In this document: positions 11,979 to 21,104 of the stretch, in pieces
How positions within the stretch are numbered: the first letter of the stretch is position 1
Layout: each line of letters begins with the position of its first letter
Source of the DNA: Nitrosococcus oceani ATCC 19707
GTDB taxonomy: Bacteria; Pseudomonadota; Gammaproteobacteria; Nitrosococcales; Nitrosococcaceae
Direction: 5' to 3'
DNA: 32,000 nt
Assembly (NCBI RefSeq): GCF_000012805.1
Contig: NC_007484.1
Span: 3,180,001 to 3,212,000, forward strand
Made by a program: the position numbers and the translations under genes
Notes under the pieces: generated by a model
What the model saw: only the letters and a program-made list of their open reading frames with translations
The model's database searches: none
What the model was told of the DNA's origin: nothing

Positions 11979-12741
11979 GACAACGCTCCCGAGTCGTCGG
12001 TTCTGCCAGGGCAGGCATATTTAAACTTTCCTCCTCACGCCAAAGAGGGTCTATCGGATTTAAGCGCATCACCTGCTTTTTAGCCACCACCAAATAACTT
12101 CCTGCAAAAAAAGGGTACCAGCGCCGTCCCACCTCCTCCAGGAAGCGTAAGCGCCGCATTAATCGTGGCTGCCGCAAAGGGGGACGAAATAAAAAATACC
12201 GTAATTCTACTGTTTTGAAACCCAATAAGGCCAACCAGTCCTGAATGCGTGTGAGGCTATAGAAACGGCCACACCAGGGCATACTTCCCCGCCGACATAA
12301 AATAAACCGCCAAAGCCCCCAAAAACTCCAGGGATTGAAACCTAAAATAGCCAGCGTGCCATAGGGCACCAACACCCGCTGGGCCTCCCGCAGCACCTGA
12401 TGGGGAGCCGCTTCATACTCCAAGACATGGGGCAAAATTATTCCATCCACGGTTGCATTAGCAAAGGGCAAAGCATCTATACGGGACAACAAACTAGGCG
12501 ACTGAGCCTCCGGCCAAACCTCCGCTTCCAATACTATTCGGTGCCAAATGCAGCTAGAGGAGAGCAAATCCGTTCCTCTACGTACCGCCCCTAGCTGAAC
12601 CAAATGGTAACCGAATAAATCAGGTAGAATTTTTTCCAGCTCCGCCTGTTCAGCTTTCAGCAGGCGCCTTCCGAGAGACTCATCTAACCAAGCGCAAAAA
12701 GCTTGACGAGATGAATAGTCTCTCTTATGCAAGGTATTCAT
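11971..12741 (-). CDS. class I SAM-dependent methyltransferase; the conserved gene found upstream of rnhA-dnaQ in many gammaproteobacteria
   Basis: 256 aa. It has a methyltransferase-11-like core ([11 protein letters not shown]...[16 protein letters not shown]) and is translationally coupled to rnhA. Confidence 0.75.
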   Translation of the reverse strand: MNTLHKRDYSSRQAFCAWLDESLGRRLLKAEQAELEKILPDLFGYHLVQLGAVRRGTDLLSSSCIWHRIVLEAEVWPEAQSPSLLSRIDALPFANATVDGIILPHVLEYEAAPHQVLREAQRVLVPYGTLAILGFNPWSFWGLWRFILCRRGSMPWCGRFYSLTRIQDWLALLGFKTVELRYFLFRPPLRQPRLMRRLRFLEEVGRRWYPFFAGSYLVVAKKQVMRLNPIDPLWREEESLNMPALAEPTTRERCRD

Positions 12742-13067
12742 TGCTTAGGGTAGATAGAAATTAAAAACAAGCCGTACTTACATAATCCTTCTGGAAATGA
12801 ACAATCGATGGGAATAGCCATAATCATGAATTATTTGCCTATCTATAAGGTTTAAACCGCCGAAGCAGATTTAAGCTTTTATAACGTTAGGTGATAGGAA
12901 AATCGTAGAAGGAATCCGGGAAGGCATCTTCATCCAACCTCGGTTTTGATCATTAGGGTAATCAGTCAAGCTGCGCTGCTAACCAGGGTTGATAGTGGCG
13001 ATAGCGAAAATTAAGCCATGCTCCCCACCAAGACCGGCAAGTAAGGCAGCTTTAAACATAAAATGAA

Positions 13068-13820
13068 CTATCCCTTTTTTTCTGTCAAGTAACCGCTCTT
13101 TTTTAAATACCGTGCGATGGCGAAAATCGTGGTCAGGAGGACAAATATAACACATAAGCCGTTGATCCAGAAGATATCTTTCTCGGTTAAAGGCAATGGG
13201 AGCGATTCATAGCCCATGACCAACAGAGCTAACACCATCCAGCTATAAGTACTGGCATAATCCTTGGCTACAGCCCGGCGCCAGTTAAACTGCATGCTCC
13301 GCAGCGTTTTTCTGAGTCCCCTCAATTGGGGCAGCCAGCGGTTTACCCGACGACAGTAATCCTGGTAATCAGCGCCAAATTTCCCTTCTAGATAGAACTC
13401 TTCAGCCATCACAATGGCTGCATAGGCGGTGAGGAAAAAACCAAGCCCCAAAATGTAGACCCACGGGTTATTGTGGATAAGAAAAAGTCCAAATAGTATC
13501 AGCAAATTGCCCAGATAAAGGGGATTTCGGCAGTGGGCGAAGATTCCCTCCCGCACTAAGGTATCGGCATGGACCCGTTTATTCAGTCCTCCCCGCTTAA
13601 TATAAGCGAGACCAATCACGGCAATGCGTACGCCCTCTCCCATGGCAGAGATGAAAAATCCAAGAATATCCATCCCCAGGCCATCATCCGTATTATCCAG
13701 CGGCGGCAAGGGGCGAAAACCAAACAGCAAGGCCACTAATACCAAAGGGAAAACAACATTACGATATTTAAAGAGAAAATTGCCATAATGGATAACAAAG
13801 GATTGGCAGGATGCCTTCAT
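13068..13820 (-). CDS. integral-membrane methyltransferase, isoprenylcysteine carboxyl methyltransferase / phospholipid methyltransferase (ICMT/PEMT) family
   Basis: It has multiple hydrophobic helices and the family signature LVREGIFAHCRNPLYLGNLLILFG...IVMAEEFYLEGKFGADYQDYCRRVNRWLP. I take the ATG at 13820 (MKASCQSF...) as the likely start. The longer ORF-track start (13988) would overlap the cmoA-like gene by about 150 nt. Confidence 0.8.
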   Translation of the reverse strand: MKASCQSFVIHYGNFLFKYRNVVFPLVLVALLFGFRPLPPLDNTDDGLGMDILGFFISAMGEGVRIAVIGLAYIKRGGLNKRVHADTLVREGIFAHCRNPLYLGNLLILFGLFLIHNNPWVYILGLGFFLTAYAAIVMAEEFYLEGKFGADYQDYCRRVNRWLPQLRGLRKTLRSMQFNWRRAVAKDYASTYSWMVLALLVMGYESLPLPLTEKDIFWINGLCVIFVLLTTIFAIARYLKKSGYLTEKKG

Positions 13821-13833
13821 GGTAGGTTTGGCC

Positions 13834-14658
13834 TCATTTAACCGCGAGAATGCCGCTGAAATTATACCAGCGGAAAAACTCCTCAACATGGCTAAATCCA
13901 ACGCTTGCCAGCAGCTCGTAGTTCTCCTCGGGACGGTAAGGAATGAGCACATTCTCCAAAGCTTCCCGTTTCCGAGCAATCTCCACATCGGAATAGCCCT
14001 GGCGCTTTTTCATATTGTAGTAGTAGCGAATAAACAGGCGATTAAACAGGCTGTCGTTCAAGGTCACTTTCTCAAAGATGATAAGACAGCCTTGCTCATT
14101 CATCCCTTCGATAAGACCTTGGAGCATCCGAGTACGGTGCAGCGGACGGATAAACTGCAGAGTCAGTATCATGATGACCACAGAAGCATCTTCGATAATC
14201 CGCTCGCGATGCAAATCAGCAGCCATAAATTCGCAGCGGCGAGTACTCTTCCGCGCCAGGAACTTTTGCCGCCCTTTCTCCAGCATTTCCAGGGAATTAT
14301 CCACGCCGATGAAGTGGACCCTGGGATCGAGGGCTGCATCGAGTCTTAAAAGCGTGGTTCCGGTCGCGCATCCTAAATCAAAAAGATTAGTCCCTGGTAC
14401 GGCAAAATCAGCAGTAATTTCCTCGGTCATCCGCTGCATTTCATCGTAGAAAGGAACAGAACGATGCACCATATCATCGAACACGGAGGCAGTGGCCCCG
14501 TCAAAACGAAAATCTTCAATAGCCGAGTTGCTTTCCGCAAATAGCTGATCGTGAAATACTCTGGAACCTTCCCCCGCGCTATCCGGTACCAGATCGGTAT
14601 CATCCACTCCTTTCATCGGTAGTCCTCTCGCAAGCGAACGCCTGAACAAACGGGACAT
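13834..14658 (-). CDS. cmoA: carboxy-S-adenosyl-L-methionine (Cx-SAM) synthase, CmoA family
   Basis: It is collinear end to end with E. coli CmoA: [62 protein letters not shown], and C-terminal [10 protein letters not shown]. An alternative start at 14616 (MKGVDD...) has a better Shine-Dalgarno (AGAGGA, 6-nt spacing) than the ATG at 14658. Confidence 0.85.
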
Positions 14659-14678
14659 TATTTTTAGACTTATTCAGA

Positions 14679-15923
14679 TCAAGGAAAAAAAACACGGATA
14701 CCCGCTGTTAGGGAGACGAACTCTGGCGATAACGTTTCGGATTGGCCGTTGATCTTGACCTGGGTGTTAAAAAAGGCAGCCCGCTTGACCTCAAGGTTAA
14801 AAGCTACATTATAGCCGATAAAGTAATCAACTCCAGCACCGAAGATGGCCACAATAGAATTATCCTGACCACCAGAAAGTCCGGTGACGGAAAGCGGTTG
14901 ATCCGGATCGCCTATCTCGGCGAAACCAAGACCGGGACCTGCTAATAGATAGGGACTAAGTTTGTCATTAAGCAAAGGATAGCGAAAACGCCCTAGGGCT
15001 GAGATAGTCCATATGGGATATCCTGTAATTTTGCCAAGGACGGGCGATCGCAACTGGGTTCGGCCATAATCGCCAGCAAGCTCCACGCCCCAATGCTTAT
15101 TGAAATTCATGCCTATTGACCCACTGGGCCAAGGTCCAGATGTGCTATCGAAACTGGCCTCTGGAACAGCATTTCTATCGGTAAGAAAAGCAACGCCACC
15201 TCGCAAGCTAAGATAACCTCGCATGGCATCCTTATCCCGAGCCGGTCGCTGCTCTCCAAGCCAAGCATACTTACCCGTCGCTAGCTGATCAAGATAAACA
15301 CGCATGTTGGCCGTGACACCAACAGCATCCAAGGTAAGTTCCCGCTCCTCTGTGGAAATTGAGATTTCAGGATGAAAGCCGAAATAATATTTTGCTTCGA
15401 CTCCAAGGGCAATATTATCTGTTATAAAATATTCAGCGCCGCCACCAACCACCCCCAGAGGCACTGTGTCGCTACCGCCCCCCGTAAAGGAGAAATCCTC
15501 ACGGCCGCTAAATTCTCCGATACCGATACCACCACCCGCCAATAAGTAGGGAACCAGCCGATCCTGGAGTAACGGGTAGCGGAATCTTAACTGGCCTAGC
15601 CAAGTCGTTGTAGCGTAGTCCCCTGCCTTTTTGCCAGAGGTTTGCAAAAGGTTGGTTTTAATATAATCGTAGGCAAATTCAATGCCCCAGTAGCGCCCTA
15701 GATCCGCGCCTAAGGTGGCACCAATATGGGGTTCTTCCGAGGGGGATTCAAGGCGCACATCAGAGACCGCATCGGGTTTCGTATAATTATAAAAAGAGTT
15801 TTCGAACCCCAATCGAGGTTGTAAATAAGGGCGGATACCAGCTAGCTCGTTAGCTTGAACGGTTAGTGGCATCAATACAAGCAGCAAAATCGTTATGGAA
15901 AATAGATTATGTTTACTACTCAC
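14679..15923 (-). CDS. outer-membrane beta-barrel protein (OmpA/OmpW-like OMP_b-brl type) with an internal tandem duplication
   Basis: It uses a GTG start and has the signal peptide SSKHNLFSITILLLVLMPLTVQA/NE. Alternating-hydrophobic beta-strand patterns run through the protein, and the C-terminus (RVFFP) ends in aromatic residues. The two halves align with each other (see findings). Confidence 0.8.
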   Translation of the reverse strand: MSSKHNLFSITILLLVLMPLTVQANELAGIRPYLQPRLGFENSFYNYTKPDAVSDVRLESPSEEPHIGATLGADLGRYWGIEFAYDYIKTNLLQTSGKKAGDYATTTWLGQLRFRYPLLQDRLVPYLLAGGGIGIGEFSGREDFSFTGGGSDTVPLGVVGGGAEYFITDNIALGVEAKYYFGFHPEISISTEERELTLDAVGVTANMRVYLDQLATGKYAWLGEQRPARDKDAMRGYLSLRGGVAFLTDRNAVPEASFDSTSGPWPSGSIGMNFNKHWGVELAGDYGRTQLRSPVLGKITGYPIWTISALGRFRYPLLNDKLSPYLLAGPGLGFAEIGDPDQPLSVTGLSGGQDNSIVAIFGAGVDYFIGYNVAFNLEVKRAAFFNTQVKINGQSETLSPEFVSLTAGIRVFFP

Positions 15924-16060
15924 AAATACTCTCTTTATTTTTCATCTTCTACCATTTGTTCACTATAGGATAGCCTATTTATTATTAATACTTTGGATTT
16001 CTTGCTACAGCTCTTTGCCATGTGATCGCGTAAAGCTTGTGTTATTCGTTGGTAAGCCTT

Positions 16061-16264
16061 TTATCCTTCCCCCTCCCGGTCCAGAAATCTACAATCAAGC
16101 GGTGTATTAAAAGTGATTGTAATGAATGTCCGCAGCCGGGGTAGTTGTTTTCCCATGAGGAGCGATTGGGAAGAGCCTTTTATCAGCACCGGAATGATGG
16201 GGATTGGAAAATCCTCTAACAGTAGGCCGATTCCTTGCTTATTTAAAGAGTTGAAATTTGCCAC
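16061..16264 (-). pseudogene. relic of the C-terminal third of a lysophospholipid (PlsC-type) acyltransferase
   Basis: The 67-aa GTG-initiated ORF contains ...KQGIGLLLEDFPIPIIPVLIKGSSQSLLMGKQLPRLRTFITITFNTPLD. This resembles the K-G-hydrophobic...PI(I/V)PV.I.G...G...PR...V.F..P block at the C-terminal end of PlsC-family enzymes. The upstream sequence shows no HxxxxD or FPEGT N-terminal part in any frame. Confidence 0.4.
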
Positions 16265-16828
16265 TAACTAAATAGGCAGAACAATAAATCGAAAAACCCG
16301 AGGGCTAAGATTAGTGCTGAGCATGTAGGGATCAGGATGAATTCACCGGAAGCCCAAAACCAAAATTCAAGAATAAAACCTGAAGCCGTAAACTAGCCAA
16401 ATTAGTCGTTTTTAGGTAGTCAGGTACTATAAAAAAGCTTAGGTGAGAGCAAAATAATAGCTAAATGAGGTTATTTTTAGAGGACGGAAAACCAATTTTC
16501 CCCTCATGGCCTAAAAAAATGAGGCCGTCACGGGCCAGTATCGGATACCGGGTAAGTTTAAGATTAAGAGCATCCGCTCCAAGGGGATGAATATTCGTTC
16601 TCACGCGGTAGGGATTCGCTATGAAGATGGTGAACGCAGGCTGAAGACAGGCTGATTATTTTTCATTCTGGCGAGGATAAATTCTCACCGAAGTTAACGT
16701 CCTCGACCTCTGTCTCAGACTCATCCGAAACCAAATATATTAATATTCTTAACATTCTATATAAAATTGAAACTGCAGCTCTCTTAAAACGCGCTATACT
16801 TTCACTAAAATCTACAGCAAAATCCGCC

Positions 16829-17470
16829 ATGGAGAAAATAGCGAGCACCTCTGATATCATTCTTGATACTGCCTTGGAACTGGCCGAAGAAACTTCTTGG
16901 GAGAATGTGCGCCTGTATCACGTTGCCCAACGGGCAGGATTGACTTTAAACCATATTCGCCGCTATTTCAGGGAGAAAGAAGAACTGGTGGACGCATGGC
17001 TGGATCGAGCTGACCGGGCCATGCTGGATGAAACAAACTGTCCTCACTTCTTGGCCCTCTCTCCTCGAGAGCGCCTAAATCAGCTATTTATGGCATGGCT
17101 GGAAGCTCTCTCTCCACACCGCCCGGTGATGCGCCAAATGGTATTTAACCGGCTCGAACCAGGCCACCTTCATATGCAGGTGGCAAGCCTATTACGCATC
17201 AGCCGCACGGTGCAATGGGCTCGGGAGGCCGCTCAACGGGAGCAAACCTTTCTATTTCGGGCGTTTGATGAAACTGCTTTGACCTCCACCTACCTGGCCG
17301 CTTTTCTCTGTTGGCTAAATGATTCCACCCAAAATTATCAAAGAACCCGTCGATTACTCGATAGAATACTGTATCTAGGCGAAGTCATAGAGTCTCTTAA
17401 ACCCTCGTTCCTGCGACCCTACCAACCGGAAGAAAATTTCACGCCGGCTCCGCCCCAAGAGGCCCGTTAA
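16829..17470 (+). CDS. TetR/AcrR family transcriptional regulator
   Basis: 213 aa with an N-terminal TetR HTH (ILDTALELAEETSWENVRLYHVAQRAGLTLNHIRRYFREKEELVDAW). Confidence 0.85.
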   Translation: MEKIASTSDIILDTALELAEETSWENVRLYHVAQRAGLTLNHIRRYFREKEELVDAWLDRADRAMLDETNCPHFLALSPRERLNQLFMAWLEALSPHRPVMRQMVFNRLEPGHLHMQVASLLRISRTVQWAREAAQREQTFLFRAFDETALTSTYLAAFLCWLNDSTQNYQRTRRLLDRILYLGEVIESLKPSFLRPYQPEENFTPAPPQEAR

Positions 17471-17543
17471 AAATATAAGGAAATCCAATACCCTATCCTT
17501 TTTCCAAGCAAAATTGAGCGCATCCGATACCCTTATCTAGTAA

Positions 17544-18593
17544 ATGGACACACTCACCCATGCTTTAAGTGGTGCGCTGCTAGCTCGCGCCACTGCCTCT
17601 TCCAAGCAACCAACCGGCCAGCTCAGGGTAGGAGAGCGAGTGCTCCTGGGCGCCTTGGCTGCGACTTTTCCGGATAGCGATTTTATTCTCCGTTGGACTA
17701 CCGACCTGCTTACTTATCTTAATCTGCATCGAGGAATTACCCATTCCGTAGTCATGCTTCCCATATGGGGAGCGCTGCTAGCTACCCTATTTTGGCGGCT
17801 TCGGGGAAAGCAAAAACCTTGGCAAGTATATTTCGGCGTGTCCCTATTAGGAATAAGCATTCATATCGCCGGAGATGTTATCACCGCTTATGGCACCCAA
17901 ATTTTCGCCCCTCTCTCCAATTACAAAGCAGCTTGGCCCACTACTTTCGTCATTGACCCTTGGTTTACCGGTATTATTGTCATTGGATTATTGGGCTGCT
18001 GGTATTGGCGCCATTCCCGTCTACCCGCAGTAATAGGCTTAGCTATATTGGCAGTCTATGTGGGATTTCAGGGGATGCTTCGAGCGCAAGCGCTAGCATT
18101 GGGTCATGAGTATGCCCGCCAACAATCACTAGCCAACATCCGAGTTCATGCTCTACCTCAGCCCCTGTCCCCTTTTAATTGGAAAATTGTGGTAGCGGCG
18201 CCTCAAAAATATTACGTTAGCCAGGTTAACCTTCTGCGCAAACAGATCCCGGTTCCTGCGCTGCCCAATTCCCCTTTTTGGGTTGGCCTTTATACAGCCT
18301 ATCCGCCGCTAACTGCTATGAAGTGGACGCAGTACCAACGGTACGGGAATTCCAATGAAGAATCTTTGGCCCGCACCGTTTGGCAGCAGGAGATTTTGCA
18401 AGGTTACCGCCAATTTGCGCAGCTCCCAACTCTTTATGCCATCGACCGGAAGGCTGGCCGCCTGTGCGTCTGGTTTGTAGATTTACGCTTTATTCTCCCT
18501 AACCTTATTCCACCGTTCCGTTATGGAGGTTGCCGCCAAGCGCAAGACTCTGGTTGGGAGCTACGCCAATTACCCGGAACTCCTGGCGCTTAG
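17544..18593 (+). CDS. membrane-bound metal-dependent hydrolase, YdjM/YbcI (DUF457) family
   Basis: The N-terminus reads MDTLTHALSGALLA...FPDSDF...HRGITHS, with His/Asp metal ligands. Four to five TM helices are followed by a soluble extension of about 150 aa. It lies 73 nt downstream of the TetR gene, so the two probably form an operon. Confidence 0.8.
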   Translation: MDTLTHALSGALLARATASSKQPTGQLRVGERVLLGALAATFPDSDFILRWTTDLLTYLNLHRGITHSVVMLPIWGALLATLFWRLRGKQKPWQVYFGVSLLGISIHIAGDVITAYGTQIFAPLSNYKAAWPTTFVIDPWFTGIIVIGLLGCWYWRHSRLPAVIGLAILAVYVGFQGMLRAQALALGHEYARQQSLANIRVHALPQPLSPFNWKIVVAAPQKYYVSQVNLLRKQIPVPALPNSPFWVGLYTAYPPLTAMKWTQYQRYGNSNEESLARTVWQQEILQGYRQFAQLPTLYAIDRKAGRLCVWFVDLRFILPNLIPPFRYGGCRQAQDSGWELRQLPGTPGA

Positions 18594-19585
18594 CCACTCA
18601 CAACACAGTCCGAGACTTCCTCCGCTAAACGCAAGCTGCCCGTCAATTGCGCCACCGCTCTCAAGTCATGGCGCTTGAGGTAAGCTACAATTTCCGCGTT
18701 GATTTTGGCGCAAAGCAAAGGGTCATAAAACAAGGCGGTACCTACTCCCACCGTAGTAGCGCCCGCAATGAGAAATTCCAGAGCATCTTTGCCAGAAGCG
18801 ACTCCCCCCTGCCCAATAATTGGGATGCCATGCGCCCGGCATGCCTGATAGACTTGACGCACCTTGAGTAAGGCAATCGGCTTTATGGCGGGCCCCGACA
18901 ATCCCCCCTGGATATTTCCGAGAAGCGGAGTGCGCTGCTCTATATCAATGGCCATTCCCATCAAGGTATTGATGACGGCAAACCCATCCGTTCCCGCTTC
19001 GATACAGCGACGGGCATTTTCTTCTATTGAGGTTTGGTTAGGGGAAAGCTTGGTGATCAGGGGTTTACGGGTCACCTTTCGACAGGCCTCCACCACCCGC
19101 GCCGACATATGGGGATCGTTGCCAAAAGCAACGCCCCCTTCTTTTACATTAGGGCAAGAAATATTGATTTCTATGGCATCAATTGGGGAATTGTCGAAGC
19201 GGCGGGTGACTGCCGTATACTCTTCAATAGTGGAGCCAGAAACATTGGCGATATAGCGGGTTTCGCTAAAGTCAAGCGCTGGCAAGATATGATCGACTAC
19301 ATAATCTACGCCGGGATTTTGCAGGCCAATGGCATTGAGCATGCCCATGGGCGTTTCATAAATCCGATGGAGGGCATTTCCCAAGCGGGGAGCCGCCGTG
19401 GTTCCCTTGAGACATACCGCTCCCACCTCCCGGTTGGAGAAACCCACTACCCGAGTATATTCTTCCCCAAAACCGACGCAACCTGAAAGCAATACTAAGG
19501 GGCTTTGCAGCTCCAGCCCACAAAAATCAACCTTTAGCCTTGCCCAATCGGTATCACTTAAGTCAGTATTGAATGTTTCAGCCAT
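18590..19585 (-). CDS. pyrD: dihydroorotate dehydrogenase catalytic-subunit homologue, class 1B type (or a related dihydropyrimidine-dehydrogenase-like flavoprotein)
   Basis: It is strongly collinear with Bacillus PyrD-B: GLELQSPLVLLSGCVGFG, GMLNAIGLQNPG, EINISCPNVKEGGVAFG (the Cys base marks class 1), INTLMG, GGLSGPAIKPIAL, and IIGQGGV. I prefer the start at 19585 (MAETF...). The alternative ATG at 19657 would overlap trmL head to head. Confidence 0.85.
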   Translation of the reverse strand: MAETFNTDLSDTDWARLKVDFCGLELQSPLVLLSGCVGFGEEYTRVVGFSNREVGAVCLKGTTAAPRLGNALHRIYETPMGMLNAIGLQNPGVDYVVDHILPALDFSETRYIANVSGSTIEEYTAVTRRFDNSPIDAIEINISCPNVKEGGVAFGNDPHMSARVVEACRKVTRKPLITKLSPNQTSIEENARRCIEAGTDGFAVINTLMGMAIDIEQRTPLLGNIQGGLSGPAIKPIALLKVRQVYQACRAHGIPIIGQGGVASGKDALEFLIAGATTVGVGTALFYDPLLCAKINAEIVAYLKRHDLRAVAQLTGSLRLAEEVSDCVVSG

Positions 19586-19601
19586 TTCTTGCCATACCGC
19601 A

Positions 19602-20087
19602 ATGTTCCATGTCGTATTACTTGAACCTGAAATCCCGCCCAACACAGGCAATATCATACGCCTTTGCGCTAATACCGGGGCTATTCTTCATTTAGTACAG
19701 CCACTGGGGTTTGAATTGGACGATAGGCGCCTGCGCCGTGCCGGGCTAGATTACCATGAATGGGCGAAAGTTAAGGTGCACCCCAGCCTGGAGCATTTTT
19801 TGGATAAAACCCAGCCGAGGCAACTGTGGGCCTGCTCTACCCGAGGGCAACAACCCTACGATAAGGCCAATTTCCACCCGGGTGACGCGCTCTTATTTGG
19901 CCCAGAAACCCGTGGTCTCCCCAGGGAATTGCTTGAAACCTTGCTTTCACGGCAAGTGCTGCGAATTCCCATGGAACCCACTAGCCGCAGCCTTAATCTT
20001 TCCAATGCGGTTGCGGTCGTGCTCTATGAAGCCTGGCGTCAGCAAGGTTTTGCTAAAAAAAGTAAGCCAGCTACCCAAAAAACTTAA
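19602..20087 (+). CDS. trmL: tRNA (cytidine/uridine(34)-2'-O)-methyltransferase TrmL
   Basis: MFHVVLLEPEIPPNTGNIIRLCANTGAILHLVQPLGFELDDRRLRRAGLDYHE... is near-identical in pattern to E. coli TrmL (YibK), a SPOUT-fold enzyme. The ORF-track N-terminal extension (19398) is antisense to the pyrD-like gene and unlikely to be real. Confidence 0.9.
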   Translation: MFHVVLLEPEIPPNTGNIIRLCANTGAILHLVQPLGFELDDRRLRRAGLDYHEWAKVKVHPSLEHFLDKTQPRQLWACSTRGQQPYDKANFHPGDALLFGPETRGLPRELLETLLSRQVLRIPMEPTSRSLNLSNAVAVVLYEAWRQQGFAKKSKPATQKT

Positions 20088-20108
20088 TTTCACAGGATAA
20101 AACGCCCC

Positions 20109-21080
<972 letters not shown>

Positions 21081-21104
21081 TTAGTGCGGATATATCAACT
21101 AGCC

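Noticed and set aside
12979-13059. A 26-codon hydrophobic mini-ORF (MFKAALLAGLGGEHGLIFAIATINPG) that starts 8 nt after the ICMT-like gene's stop on the same strand.
   Set aside because: It is too short to support from sequence alone. Its Shine-Dalgarno is poor (AAGGGA at 11-nt spacing) and I can assess no conservation. It would be worth checking only if ribosome profiling or comparative data exist.
13820-13988. The ORF-track N-terminal extension of the ICMT-like gene (MWRLLGNGK...) and the plus-strand ORFs at 13819-14349 and 14078-14449.
   Set aside because: The extension and both plus-strand ORFs overlap the strongly supported cmoA-like CDS. The membrane-protein homology begins only after the ATG at 13820.
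16515-16656. A plus-strand open stretch, KNEAVTGQYRIPGKFKIKSIRSKGMNIRSHAVGIRYEDGERRLKTG, that faintly recalls the beta-sheet core of RelE/HigB-type toxins (YKIKLRSSGYRLVY...).
   Set aside because: It has no start codon and no adjacent antitoxin-like ORF. The similarity is limited to a few residues in AT-rich sequence, which is not enough to call a toxin-antitoxin relic.
16663-16860. A 65-aa minus-strand ORF overlapping the TetR start.
   Set aside because: It lies in AT-rich spacer, has no motif, and overlaps the well-supported TetR N-terminus. It is likely spurious.
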